Of a stretch of 64,000 nt of DNA, positions 1-10,732 are shown in pieces (the stretch's first letter is position 1; every line of letters starts with the position of its first letter). The notes below the pieces were generated by a model, which saw only the letters and a program-made list of their open reading frames with translations, had not been told where the DNA came from and searched no databases. The DNA lies in the NCBI GenBank assembly GCA_963745075.1, contig CAVUWV010000036.1:160001-224000 (forward strand). The letters are read 5' to 3'. The DNA is from Candidatus Hydrogenedentota bacterium (GTDB taxonomy: Bacteria; Hydrogenedentota; Hydrogenedentia; Hydrogenedentales; SLHB01). A program made the translations under genes and the position numbers.

Positions 1-1743
1 TTTGACAAATCCGTACAGGGTTTGATGCTGCGCTTCGAAATCCTCGCGCAAGGTTTCCGGATCGCGAATAACCACGTTCAAGGACGTATCGACCCCCACG
101 TACCGCAAATCGAGCGAACGTTCCTCGGTCGTATGCGTCGCGTCAAACCCTTCCGCCTCGATGGTGCGACGGCCGTCCGCTTCCAAGCGCGCGAAGCGGG
201 ATTCCAGCTGCTCCAGCGTGTCCGCGTCCAACGGGCACAACACCGCTTCCACGTCGGCGTGGATCATGTCGGCAAGCCCCATGCCGTATGCACTGAGTAC
301 GCCCGCGTGGGGATGCAACAGAATCGTGCGGATGCCGAGCGTGTCCGCGATGGCGCAGGCGTGTTGCGCGCCCGCCCCGCCGAAACAGGCGAGGGCATAC
401 TCCTGCACGTCGTACCCGCGCGCCACGCTGATTTCTTTGATGGGTTTCGCCATGTTCTCGTTGGCGATGCGGACGAACCCGGCCGCGGTTTCCTCGACCG
501 TGAGGTCGCGCCCGGTGCTCTCGCGCACGTACTGCGCAATGGTCACCAGTTTTTCACGCGACGCCTCCGCGTCCAGCGGTTCATCCGCATCGGGACCGAA
601 GCACGTGGGGAAATACGTGGGCTGGATGCGCCCGAGCACGAGGTTCGCGTCGGTCACCGCGGCCGGACCGCCGCGCCGGTAACACGCGGGACCCGGGTTG
701 GCGCCCGCGCTTTCAGGTCCCACAGTGAAGCGATGCCCGTCGAAGGCGAGGATAGAGCCGCCGCCCGCGGCCACCGTTTCGATGTACATCATCGGCGCCT
801 TGATCCGTACGCCCGCGACGAACTTCTCAAAGATGCGCTCGTAGCGCCCGTCGTACCGGCTCACGTCCGTGCTGGTGCCGCCCATGTCGAATCCGATAGC
901 CTTTTGAAAACCCGCGAGTTTGCTCACGTGCGCGTAGGCCACGACGCCCCCCGCCGGTCCGGACAGGATCGCATCCTTGCCCGAAAACCGATCCGCGTCC
1001 GCCAGTCCGCCATTAGATTGCATGAACCGCAGCGGTGTGCCGTCGTCCAGGAACGTGCGAAGCCGATCAATGTAGCCGCGCATGATGGGTGTGAGGTAGG
1101 CGTCCGCCATGGTCGTGTCGCCCCGGCCTACGGCTTTGATCTCCTGTGCGACGCGGTGGCTGAGGCTGACTTGCGCGAACCCCGCGTCCCGCGCGAGGCG
1201 CTCCACGAGCAACTCGTGTTCAGGATAGGCGTAGCTGTGCAGGAACAACACCGCCAACGCATCCGCGCCGCGATCCCGCAGTTCCCGCAACGCCACGCGC
1301 ACCGCGTCTTCCGAAAGCGGCGTCCGCACCGTCCCGTCCGCCAGCACCCGTTCATCGACCTCGACAATCGCGTGCGCCAGCGTAACCGGTTTCCGAATTT
1401 CCAACGCAAACAACTCCGGCCGATCCTGATACCCAATCTCCAGGAGATCCGCAAACCCCCGCGTCGTGATGAGCCCAACCTTCGCACCTTTGCGTTCCAG
1501 CAACGCATTCGTGGCCAGCGTCGTCCCCATCTTCACGGATCGAATCCGCGCGCTCGGAATCGGCTCGTCCGCGCCCAACCCCATCAACACCCGGATCGCG
1601 TGCAACGGCGCGTCGTCGTAATGTTCCGGGTCCTCGCTCAACAACTTATGGACATGGATCCCCCCCTCCGGGTCTCGCGCCACCACGTCGGTAAACGTGC
1701 CGCCGCGGTCGATCCAGAATTGCCAGTGGTTGTTGGTGCTCAT
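1..1743 (-). CDS. 5-oxoprolinase / hydantoinase A-family protein (N-terminal part; runs off window start)
   Basis: Not in the ORF track; read manually from ATG at 1743 with an open frame to position 1. MSTNNHWQFWIDRGGTFTDVV, KMGTTLATNALLERKG, ILSGPAGGVV, FDMGGTSTDVS, ETVAAGGGS, GPESAGANPGPACYRRGGP and FGGAGAQHAC are hydantoinase/oxoprolinase motifs. Confidence 0.93.
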   Translation of the reverse strand, partial: MSTNNHWQFWIDRGGTFTDVVARDPEGGIHVHKLLSEDPEHYDDAPLHAIRVLMGLGADEPIPSARIRSVKMGTTLATNALLERKGAKVGLITTRGFADLLEIGYQDRPELFALEIRKPVTLAHAIVEVDERVLADGTVRTPLSEDAVRVALRELRDRGADALAVLFLHSYAYPEHELLVERLARDAGFAQVSLSHRVAQEIKAVGRGDTTMADAYLTPIMRGYIDRLRTFLDDGTPLRFMQSNGGLADADRFSGKDAILSGPAGGVVAYAHVSKLAGFQKAIGFDMGGTSTDVSRYDGRYERIFEKFVAGVRIKAPMMYIETVAAGGGSILAFDGHRFTVGPESAGANPGPACYRRGGPAAVTDANLVLGRIQPTYFPTCFGPDADEPLDAEASREKLVTIAQYVRESTGRDLTVEETAAGFVRIANENMAKPIKEISVARGYDVQEYALACFGGAGAQHACAIADTLGIRTILLHPHAGVLSAYGMGLADMIHADVEAVLCPLDADTLEQLESRFARLEADGRRTIEAEGFDATHTTEERSLDLRYVGVDTSLNVVIRDPETLREDFEAQHQTLYGFVK

Positions 1744-1838
1744 ACGTGGAATTCACCGTTGTGATTGGTCCCGCTACCGTAGCACATCTGCGGGGTGACC
1801 GTTGAATGACGAGAACAATAGAACGCGGATTTTGGGAA

Positions 1839-2643
1839 TCACGCGTTCCCAACCGCTTTGAAGAACGTATAGCAAAACACCCCGTCTTCCTCCGCGGCGC
1901 GACGGAGGCCCTGGACGCCGTTTTCGAAGGTCTCGGCGTCGATGACGTGTTGTCCGATGGCGTCGGTGCGGACGCCTTCGATCATGGCGGTGAAGGTGTT
2001 CTTGGTAAATCCCTCGACGTAGTTGGGGCGGCTGGAGTCGACGTAGACCATGCGGGGGGAGACGTGGCAGTCGCGGTAGCCGGCCTGGGTCAGGAGCGGG
2101 TAGAGTTGGCGGCCGATGTTGGCGTTGCCGCCCGCGCGGGCCTGGAGTTCGACGAGGGCTGCGACGGCTTTCAGGGTGTCGTCGTTGTGGGGATGCATGA
2201 AGGTCGAGCCGTGATCGCCTTCAATGACGGTGAGCGTGCCGCCGGGCTTGATGAGGCGGCGCAACGCGGCGAGTGCAGCCTCGGGTTGCGCCAGATGTTC
2301 GAGCACGAAGCATACGAAGGCGTGGTCGAAGGAGGCGTCGTCAAAGGGTAGATTGAAAATGTCGCCTTCGTGAAAGGTGACGTTGGTCGAAACCGCGTTG
2401 CTCGATCTCCGCGCGCGCTTGCGCCAGCGACGACGGCGAGATATCCACCGACGTGAACCGGGCGCCGGGACTTCGTTTCGCGAGGATATGAGTCTGCGCG
2501 CCGACGCCGCACCCGGCCTCCAGCACGTGACTGCCCTCGGGATAGGCCGTGTTACCGTGGAGCAATTCGTCGAGGGTCTTGGCCTGATCTTGCAGGCGGG
2601 TACTTTCGCGCGGGTCGTATCCGTGGACGTAGGAATTGGTCAT
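1839..2643 (-). CDS. Class I SAM-dependent methyltransferase (frameshifted near 2350-2390)
   Basis: MTNSYVHGYDPRESTRLQDQA and VLEAGCGVG in one frame; LEHL..P..AL...LIKPGGTLTVIEGDHGS in another frame, ending at the stop at 1839. Confidence 0.85.
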
Positions 2644-2746
2644 GGTTGATGGTCCCCCCGGAGCGCGGTTTGGGCGCCCAAGGTGATCGTAGTGGATGGT
2701 GAGGGCTTGGGTAAAGAACGGGACCGCCAATTTCTTCGCAAAATTT

Positions 2747-2898
2747 TGGAGTGCGGCCGCTTGCGGCTGCTTTTCTTCGGCTATTTCAAGTGTCCTAATA
2801 CGTACAAAACTCGTGTCGCCAGAAGACAGTTGCATTCGCTGCTCACAAACCGCAGGCAAGCCTGCTCATCAAAAGCAGCCGCAAGCGGCCGCACTCCA
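2747..2898. repeat. REP/MITE-like element with perfect 28-bp terminal inverted repeats
   Basis: TGGAGTGCGGCCGCTTGCGGCTGCTTTT (2747-2774) is the exact reverse complement of AAAAGCAGCCGCAAGCGGCCGCACTCCA (2871-2898); intergenic. Confidence 0.85.
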
Positions 2899-2929
2899 CA
2901 GCTGCGCTGAAATTGCGCAATGCTGTCCC

Positions 2930-4453
2930 TCACTGGCTCCAGGCGGGGAGTTCGCCGGGGGTGATGTTCAAGACCGGCATGACGATTAAGTACGTGACCA
3001 ACACGACCAGCACGACCCCGACCAGATTCAGCACGAACCCGGTGCGGGCCATTTGCGGCACGGTGATGTGGCCGCTGCCGAAGACGATCGCGTTGGGCGG
3101 TGTTGCGACGGGCATCATGAACGCCATGGATGCGCTCAGCGTCGCGGGCACGAGCAGGACGAGGGGGTGGAGATGCAACGCCTTTGTGGCCGTCACGGCG
3201 AGGATGGGCAGCATGATGTTCGCCAGCGCGGTGTTTGACGTGAACTCGGTGAGGAAGGTGACGGCAGCGCACATAATCAAGAGAATCGCGAGCAGCGGGA
3301 ATCCCGACAACACGTGAAGGTGACCGCCTACCCATTCGACCAAGCCGGTGTCGCTGAACCCCTGCGCGATAGCGAAACCGCCGCCGAACAGCAGCAGCAC
3401 CCCCCACGGGATGCGCACGGCCCAATCCCAGTCCAACGTGGTTTCGCCCGTCTTTCGGTCGACGGGAATCACAAAAAGCAGCACGGCGAAGAAGACCGCC
3501 ACCGTTCCGTCGTTGACATACTTCGCGTGGGCCAACAGACTCGACCATCCCGGGATCGTGTAGTCACCGATCTGCAAATCGGAACGCGTGATCCACGCGA
3601 GCGCCGTCATGCAGAACACAATCAGTACGATGCTTTCGCCCCGGTTCATGGGACCCAGCGCGGCCAGCCGTTCCCGCACCGCACTTTCGCCGTCGGACTG
3701 CGTTCCCAGTTCGCCGATAGGACAGAGGACCTTCGTCAACAGCAACCAAACAATCGGAATGAAGACTACGACGAACGGCACCGCGAAGATCATCCATTGC
3801 AGGAATCCAATGCGCGGCGCGTCGGGGAAAATGTGGTTCATCGTTCCCGCGAGCACGATGTTGGGCGGTGTGCCGACGATGGTGCCGGTGCCGCCGATGC
3901 TGGCGGCGTATGCGATGGCGAGCATCAAGCACACGCCGAAGTTACCGGCCGATTTGTCACCGGTCTTGTGGGCCACCTCATCGATCACCGCAAGGCCGAT
4001 GGGCAGCATCATCATGGCGGTCGCGGAATTCGAGATCCACATCGACAGAAACGCCGTCGCGATCATAAATCCCAATACAAGCCGGCTCGGATTGCCGCCG
4101 GTCCGTGCGACAATGTTCAAGGCGATGCGTTCGTGCAGCCGCCACTTCTGCATCGCCATCGCGATAAAGAACCCGCCGGCAAACAGGAAAATGTTGGGAT
4201 CGCCGTAGGACGCCGCGAGATCCTTGCCGCTCATCACGCCGAGAAGGGGAAACAGCGCCAGGGGCAAGAGCGATGTCGCTGGAATGGGGATCGCCTCGCT
4301 GATCCACCAGACCCCCATGAGCACGGCGACCGCCGCGACGCGCTGGCCTTCCGGTGACATCCCCGCGGGCGTCGGACTCAGAATCGTCACGAGCAACGCA
4401 ATCGGCCCGAGGTAGAGCCCGATGCGCCGTAGTCTTCCCGGTGCTGCGTTCAA
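2930..4453 (-). CDS. DASS/SLC13 family sodium:dicarboxylate (sulfate) symporter
   Basis: 507 aa polytopic membrane protein with FLSMWISNSATA, GGTGTIVGTPPN, FLTEFTSNTA and AFMMPVATPPNAIVF. Confidence 0.93.
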   Translation of the reverse strand: MNAAPGRLRRIGLYLGPIALLVTILSPTPAGMSPEGQRVAAVAVLMGVWWISEAIPIPATSLLPLALFPLLGVMSGKDLAASYGDPNIFLFAGGFFIAMAMQKWRLHERIALNIVARTGGNPSRLVLGFMIATAFLSMWISNSATAMMMLPIGLAVIDEVAHKTGDKSAGNFGVCLMLAIAYAASIGGTGTIVGTPPNIVLAGTMNHIFPDAPRIGFLQWMIFAVPFVVVFIPIVWLLLTKVLCPIGELGTQSDGESAVRERLAALGPMNRGESIVLIVFCMTALAWITRSDLQIGDYTIPGWSSLLAHAKYVNDGTVAVFFAVLLFVIPVDRKTGETTLDWDWAVRIPWGVLLLFGGGFAIAQGFSDTGLVEWVGGHLHVLSGFPLLAILLIMCAAVTFLTEFTSNTALANIMLPILAVTATKALHLHPLVLLVPATLSASMAFMMPVATPPNAIVFGSGHITVPQMARTGFVLNLVGVVLVVLVTYLIVMPVLNITPGELPAWSQ

Positions 4454-4537
4454 CGGTAAGTCCCCGTTACAGGTGTAGACAGCAAGAATTCATTGCCGCG
4501 AACGCACGGCCCATTCGTAAACCATGTGTTGCGACTC

Positions 4538-4710
4538 AAGAACATCCCCCTTGATCCCCCTTCAAAGGGGGAATTATTCAAAACCCCACTGGTGGAAATG
4601 TTCTCATATGATTGCGCGATCTGAAGCTCTCGGCTGTCCCCGCCGCGCGAGTATAGCGAGCGCGATTCCCCCTTTGAAGGGGGCAGACGCGAAGCGTCGA
4701 GGGGGATGTT
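4538..4710. repeat. REP/REPIN-like inverted-repeat element (CCCCCTTGATCCCCCTTCAAAGGGGG family), copy 1
   Basis: Left arm AAGAACATCCCCCTTGATCCCCCTTCAAAGGGGGAA (4538-4573). Right arm 4666-4710 is its reverse complement with a GACGCGAAGCGTC hairpin inserted. Same motif recurs at 9078-9245. Confidence 0.85.
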
Positions 4711-4760
4711 AAGCATTCGCTTCAAACGTTGCTCCTGTGTTTGGTTCAGAATCAGCCAAA

Positions 4761-6822
4761 TCACGGCGCCGCCGCCGCCCCGTAATACGCCAAAATACCC
4801 CGGTAAATCCCGTCCGCCACTTTGCGCTGGACTTCGGGCGACCGATACCGCGCTTCGTTATCGCCTTCTGCAATGTCGGCGGGCTGCACGAGCACCGCCG
4901 GGCACCCGGTCTGTTGCACGACGTACGCCACGGATGGCACTGCAGGCAACCCGCCCAGCGCATCGCCGATCTCCTTGGCCAACCGCGCCCCGTCCGGACT
5001 GTTGGGATAGTGGCCGGCAAAGGCGCTGCGATCCGCGCGGTGACCCGAGGCGTCGAGTGTCTTCGCGCTTTCACCGCGCGACCCCAGTGCGATTGACACC
5101 ATCATATCCGCGCCCGAATCTTCAGCAACCATCACGCGCCGGGGTTCGGACGTCTCGATGTCGCCGGGACGCGTCATTTGTACGTTCGCGCCCGCCGCAC
5201 GGAGAAGCGCGGCGGTCCGGCGCGCGATGTCGAGGGCGTAGTCGCTGGCGCGCATACCGTTCGGTCCGATGGAGCCCGCGTCGCGTCCGCCGGAGGACGG
5301 ATCGAGCACGATCGTCTTGCCGATGAGCACACCATTAGCGATTGGGTTGAGTGCCACATCGGTACGGGGGTTCTTCAGCGTCACGAATGCGGGTTCGTAC
5401 CCGGGACACCGCACGTAGATGTCATTCACGGAAATCGGAACTGCAAACCACCCTTCCGGCGTCGTGACACCGGCCGTCGTCCCGTTGACAGCAACCGCAG
5501 CGCCGCCGAGTAGCGCGTTCGTATCCGCGCGCATCACGCGCAAACTGCGGTACCGCGCATCGTCGAGGTGCAGCGTTGCCGACTGGCGCGCGCGGCCGCT
5601 GGTCAAGGTGAGTTGCGGAGTTACCCTCGGGTCTGCGAGGTAGAACCGCGCAACGCCGCCGGCCGTCGTCGCGGTGTCACCGGTCTCTTCGAGCGCGACG
5701 GTCGTGCCGTCGGCTACGCTGAACCCGAGCGCGTCGAGTAAATGCGCCTGGATCAAGATTTCGCAACCGGATTTTGCGGCAACCGGATCCGGCGCCTGGG
5801 TCACGGAAATGGCCGCGGGGGGACGGTTAACCTTCGCGTCCAGGGGGAATTCAAGCGCCGCGCCTTTGCCGTTGCGGAGGGCTACCCGCAGATGCTGCAT
5901 GCCGTTGCGTAAGGTGTCGGGAAACGTCCAAACAAAGCCACCTTCCGCTGGTTCCGCCGCACCCGGTGCAGGATCGTCGTCCAACCAGACCCGAACGGTC
6001 GTCATGTCGATGGGTAATCCGCGCGCAAACCGAACGCGCAATTCCTGGGCGCGACCATCTTCCAACGCGACGAGTTCCGCACTGGCGATCTGCGGCGGAT
6101 CGAGCGCGAAATAGTTCGCGAGACCCACCGCGATGGCGTGCGCCTCGGCGGTGATCGTCTGGTCCGTGGCCAGCGCCGCCGCGTTGGCCGCTTGCGTCAT
6201 GTACGACGACTCCAGCAGCACCGCCGGCACTTCCGCCAACCGCAGTACTTTGTAGTTGCCGGGGAGCAGGCGCCGTGCCGTCGCTGTCGCCCCCAGTTCG
6301 CGCGCCAGGGATCGCGTCAATGCCTGGGCAAGGTCGAGGCTCGCCCCTTCTTCGCGCAGTTTGTAATAGACCTCGAGATCGTTTTTGTCCGATCCCGATT
6401 CAATGTCGGCGTTGTGATGAATGCTGACGAAGGCGTCCACCCGCTGTTGGTTCGCAACGGCCCGCGCGCGCTGCGAGATCGGCCGCGAGATTTTCCGGTT
6501 GCAACACCGCGTCGTCGGTGCGGGTCATAATGACCGTCGCGCCGGCTTGTTCCAACATGCGTTGCAGACGCAGCGCAACGTTCAGGTTCACATCGGCTTC
6601 CCGAACGGCATTGGTAGGCGCGATAGCGCCGGGCCAAGGGCCCCCGTGGCCAGGATCGAGGCAAATACGCCGCCCCTGCAATGGCCCCAGATCGCCCGTG
6701 TCCACCGCAACGGGAAACTGTTCGACGGGTTCGTTCGGCCCTTCCGTCACCGGCGGCGTGGGAGGAGTCGTCTTACATCCCGCAACCAGAACTATCGCTA
6801 CCAGCACCGCAAATCGTTTCAT
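4761..6822 (-). CDS. N-acetylmuramoyl-L-alanine amidase lipoprotein with two Amidase_3 domains (frameshift ~6440-6500)
   Basis: Lipobox MKRFAVLVAIVLVAGC. Domain 1 has CLDPGHGG, READVNL, FVSIHHNA and VLLESSY; a second amidase-like domain starts at GKTIVLDPSSGG. Confidence 0.85.
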
Positions 6823-6971
6823 AGAAGAACATTCCCCGAGGTCGTACATCTACATGCGCAGCCAGAGTGACGGAAGGGGTGCGGGCAATTCAAGAAGGTG
6901 GGGAGACTGGAGGCAACAAGGCAGTCCCAGTTGCAGAACAGATTCTCCGCGCCAATCTGCCGTACCGACGG

Positions 6972-7010
6972 GCCGATCGGACCGATCCGTCCGATCGGTC
7001 CCATCCGGTA
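6972..7010. repeat. Short 9-bp-period tandem repeat (CCGATC-based)
   Basis: ccgatcgga ccgatccgt ccgatcggt cccatccgg in the intergenic region between divergent genes. Confidence 0.6.
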
Positions 7011-7206
7011 CAGAGCTCTAACCACTGTTGCTGTGTGTCGAGCCGCCGTAATCGCGAGCCCAGAAATTGGCAGACGCTCCCTCCAGCCTCCGCAAGATTT
7101 TTCCCCGGATTTGGCGTATGATGGTCTGCGGGGAACGACGTTCCCGTGCGGCATGGGCTTGTCGCGGTAAACCGGGGGTACACACGTTTCGGGGAGGAAC
7201 GGTGCA

Positions 7207-8034
7207 ATGGGAAACGTTTTACTGGGCATCAATCTGGAATACGTGCGGCACGAGGACAAACCCATGGAGTGGGGCGTCGAGAAGGCCGCCGAACTCGGCT
7301 ACGATTTCGTCGAGCCCATGGTCCACTGGGGGCGCGAACTGCTGAGTGAAGCGGGCTATTTTCACAGCGTCTCCATGCTGGACGATCCGTATCGCGTCAA
7401 ACGGGCCTGCGAAAAGGCCGGCGTTCGCTTGTCGGGATTGTCCGCGCATTGCCCTTTGTGCAAACCGGAAATCAGCACGGAATACCTGAAGCAGGCCGTG
7501 CGATACGCGGCGGAGTGTGGCGCGCCGGTCATCAATACCGACGAAGGCCCGAAACCAAAATGGACCACGGAAGAGGAAGACCACACCCTCATGCGGTACG
7601 TCCTGCACGAAGCCGCGCAACTGGCCGAAGCGCGCGGTATTCTCATCGGAATCGAACCGCACCAGCAATACAGCAAAACCCCGAAAGGCCTCGACAAGAT
7701 TTACGGTCTCGTCGATTCACCGGCCATCGGGATTAATTTCGACACGGGCAACAGCTACCTTTCGGGGGAAGATCCGGTCGAATGGTTGGAACACGTTCTC
7801 GACCGGCTCGTGCATCTGCATGCCAAGGACATCTCCGTGCAGCAGAGCGACGCGGAACGCGGTAAAGTCACAGGCACGCCCGTGGGCTGTGCCTGCGGCG
7901 AAGGCGTGGTCGATTGGGCCAAGGTCGTCGAGGTGTGCAAGCGCGCGAAGCGGGATATTGTCCTGAGCGTGGAATGCGGCACGGTCGATCAGGCGGAACG
8001 GAGCGTGGCGCATTTGAAGCCGTTGTTGAAGTAA
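7207..8034 (+). CDS. Sugar phosphate isomerase/epimerase (xylose-isomerase-like TIM barrel)
   Basis: IGIEPH, INFDTGN, LVHLHAKD, GEGVVDW and LSVEC metal-binding motifs; GGAGG RBS upstream. Confidence 0.9.
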   Translation: MGNVLLGINLEYVRHEDKPMEWGVEKAAELGYDFVEPMVHWGRELLSEAGYFHSVSMLDDPYRVKRACEKAGVRLSGLSAHCPLCKPEISTEYLKQAVRYAAECGAPVINTDEGPKPKWTTEEEDHTLMRYVLHEAAQLAEARGILIGIEPHQQYSKTPKGLDKIYGLVDSPAIGINFDTGNSYLSGEDPVEWLEHVLDRLVHLHAKDISVQQSDAERGKVTGTPVGCACGEGVVDWAKVVEVCKRAKRDIVLSVECGTVDQAERSVAHLKPLLK

Positions 8035-8082
8035 CGCGGGCATGGACTACTGGCTCTGAACATCGTGTGAGGGGGAATCAAC

Positions 8083-9031
8083 GTGATGGTTATGCGACGG
8101 AACATTTGGATTCTTGGTGTAGTGGTTTTGATGGGCCTCGGCACGATGCCTACCGCGTTCGGGCAAGCCAACCTGACCATGACACTGGATGCCACCCATT
8201 TGACGATTGCCTCCGGCGATCCCATCCTGCGCTACCACTACACCGACGTTCCGTTCAAACCCTACGTGCAGGAGTTGTATTCGCCCCGCGGGTTCAATCT
8301 CTTGCTCGATGCGCCTTCCGATCACCTGCACCACCACGGGCTGATGTTTGCCGTGGCCGCGAACGACGTCGATTTCTGGGCGGAAACGGAAACCTGCGGG
8401 AAGCAGATGCACCGTGGATTCACCGGCGTATCGGTTGACGAAGTGAGTGGAGTTGCGCGCGCTACCTTCTCCGAAGCGGTGGACTGGGTTCGCCCGGACG
8501 ACAACGCAACCCTGTTGAACGAAGCCCGCACGATCGCAACGTACCGCGCACCCGACTTGCCGGCGACACTCGTGACGTGGATATCCGCATTGACGCCCGC
8601 GCCGGGATTGCCGTCGGTCACGTTGACGGGTTCCCACTACTTCGGCCTCGGGTTCCGGTTCCCGCCGAGCATGGATGCCATCGGCACCTTCCGAAACTCC
8701 GCAGGGGACCTCGGACACATTGTCCGGGGCGAAGAGCGGAACGGACGCGCGAACTGGTCTTGCTACACCGCGAGTGGTCGACGGCAAACCCGAAACCGTC
8801 GCCATGTTCGACGACCCCGCCAACGCGCGGCATCCGGCGACGTGGTTCACCATGCCGGTCGGCTTCGCCTATATGTCGGCGACGCTGGATTTGAAAGCGG
8901 AACCCTTGGTCATCGAAGCGGGGAACACATTGAAGTTGCGTTATGGCGTCGCTATCTGGGACGCGGAACCCACTGACGCGGATATCGAGGCGATGTACCG
9001 TGTATGGCTCGAAAAGGCGGGGATCGATTGA
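8083..9031 (+). CDS. PmoA-like / DUF6807 family secreted protein (frameshift ~8770)
   Basis: Signal peptide; FKPYVQELYSPRG, DHLHHHGLMFA and HYFGLGFRF; continues in the 8675..9031 frame (AMFDDPANARHPATWF...LKLRYGV). Confidence 0.75.
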
Positions 9032-9077
9032 GGGCAGTATTAGCGCGTGTGCGTCAAATTGAATCTTGAGACCGGAA

Positions 9078-9245
9078 GAAGAACATCCCCCTTGATCCCC
9101 CTTCAAAGGGGGAAACGTTCGCGACGCTTCGCGTCGCGTTTTGAGTTCGCCGACCAACTACTGTCGAAGAGTGTCACAATACTCATTGCCACGGATGAGA
9201 GTGCGCAACTCCCCCTTTGAAGGGGGATCAAGGGGGATGTTCTTC
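9078..9245. repeat. REP/REPIN-like inverted-repeat element, copy 2 (perfect 36-bp arms)
   Basis: GAAGAACATCCCCCTTGATCCCCCTTCAAAGGGGGA (9078-9113) and its exact reverse complement (9210-9245); internal GCGACGCTTCGCGTCGC hairpin at 9121-9137. Confidence 0.9.
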
Positions 9246-9346
9246 GGTATGCGGGCAGCGCCGCATCATAACGTCGGATTTCGATAATCGATTAAGAATA
9301 CGATTGCGAGGAAGAACGGGGGAAGACGATTCTTAAGGAGGTCGCT

Positions 9347-10639
9347 ATGGGCACCACATCCAACCATCCAACGGGGGACAATCTGACACGCCGGCAATTC
9401 ATGGGCCGGTCGGCAACGGCAGGGGTCGCGGCGACGGTTGCCGCGTCGGCATTGCACGTCGCGGCGCAGGAGCCGAAGAAGGATTTGCTGCGGGTCGGGC
9501 AGATCGGCTGCGGAGGCCGCGGCGGCGCGCACTTGAAAACCCTCGGCTACCTGAAAGAAAACGGCGGCAACGTGGACGTCGTGGCGGTGTGTGACGTGTA
9601 CCGTCCGCGCATGGAACGGGCCGCGCAGGCCTGGGGCGCGAAGAGCTACATGGACCACCGCGATCTCCTCGCCGACCCCGACGTGGACGTCGTGTTCATC
9701 GCCACGCCCGACCACCTTCACGGGTACCAGGCCATCGACGCCATTCGCGCGGGCAAGGACGTGTATTGCGAAAAGCCCGTCACCCATTGGCGGCAATTCG
9801 AATTGGTCCGGCAATTGGCGGCGGAGGTGGAGGCGTCCGACCAGGTCTTCCAACTGGGCACGCAGGGTATGTCGGACTCGGCCTGGCATCAGATGAAGAA
9901 ACTGGTGCAGGAAGGCATTATCGGCCAGCCCATCGTCGCGGAATGCGGGTACTTCCGCGTCGGCGACTGGGGCGAACGCGGTATGCCCATCGACGATCCC
10001 AATGCGAAGCCCGGTCCCGATCTGGATTGGGAGGCCTTCCTGGGCGATTCGCCGGAACGGCCCTTCGACGTAAGCCGCTTCTTCCGCTGGCGCATGTACG
10101 AGGATTACGCGGGTGGACCGTCCACCGATCTGTTCCCGCACTCGCTGACGCCGGTCGTCTACATGCTCGGTCTCGGTCAACCCAACATGGCGGTCTCCAC
10201 CGGCGGCATGTTCCGCTACACGGAACGCGAAGTGCCGGACACCTACAACATGCTCATCGACTATCCGGATAAGTGCACCATCGCCGTGCTTGGCACCCAA
10301 GGCAACGATTACCAGGGCACCGGCGGACGCGGCGCGGGCGGTCGCATCCCCATCCTGCGCGGATGGGATGGCACACTGACGGTGCAGGGCGAACAAATCA
10401 TCTTCGTTCCCGCGGCGGAGTCGAAGGGCGAGCCTAAGAACTTCCCCATCGAAAACAAGGAAGACATGGTGCGGTACTTCGGCCACTTCCTGGATTGCTG
10501 CCGCACGCGCACGAAAGATACGTGGAGCACGGCGCAACTCGCGTTAAACGTGCAGACCGCGCTGCAGATGGGCACGCTCGCCCTCCGCGAAGGCAACGTC
10601 GCCCGCTTCGACGCCCTGCAACAGAAAATCGTCGTATAA
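9347..10639 (+). CDS. Gfo/Idh/MocA family oxidoreductase with Tat signal
   Basis: LTRRQFMG twin-arginine signal; IGCGGRG, IATPDHLH and KDVYCEKP; AGGAGG RBS. Confidence 0.92.
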   Translation: MGTTSNHPTGDNLTRRQFMGRSATAGVAATVAASALHVAAQEPKKDLLRVGQIGCGGRGGAHLKTLGYLKENGGNVDVVAVCDVYRPRMERAAQAWGAKSYMDHRDLLADPDVDVVFIATPDHLHGYQAIDAIRAGKDVYCEKPVTHWRQFELVRQLAAEVEASDQVFQLGTQGMSDSAWHQMKKLVQEGIIGQPIVAECGYFRVGDWGERGMPIDDPNAKPGPDLDWEAFLGDSPERPFDVSRFFRWRMYEDYAGGPSTDLFPHSLTPVVYMLGLGQPNMAVSTGGMFRYTEREVPDTYNMLIDYPDKCTIAVLGTQGNDYQGTGGRGAGGRIPILRGWDGTLTVQGEQIIFVPAAESKGEPKNFPIENKEDMVRYFGHFLDCCRTRTKDTWSTAQLALNVQTALQMGTLALREGNVARFDALQQKIVV

Positions 10640-10732
10640 GCGACAAACAGCCAACGGGCTTGGAGATTGAAAACGCCGGGTTGCTTCGCGATGCGGAGCA
10701 ACCCGGTATTGTCTGGTATAAGGTTGGAGAGA

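Noticed and set aside
22..1764. 580-aa plus-strand ORF in the track
   Set aside because: Antisense shadow of the minus-strand oxoprolinase, which carries all the family motifs. The same applies to many long Arg-rich shadow ORFs, e.g. 21969..23537, 26979..28358 and 54793..56097.
4538..9245. ~36-bp repeats considered as CRISPR repeats
   Set aside because: They occur as inverted pairs kilobases apart, not as a direct-repeat/spacer array, and no cas genes are present.
10676..10706. Hairpin CCGGGTTGCTTCGC-GAT-GCGGAGCAACCCGG
   Set aside because: A real stem, but with no clear U-tract and only one copy in the window; function cannot be assigned.
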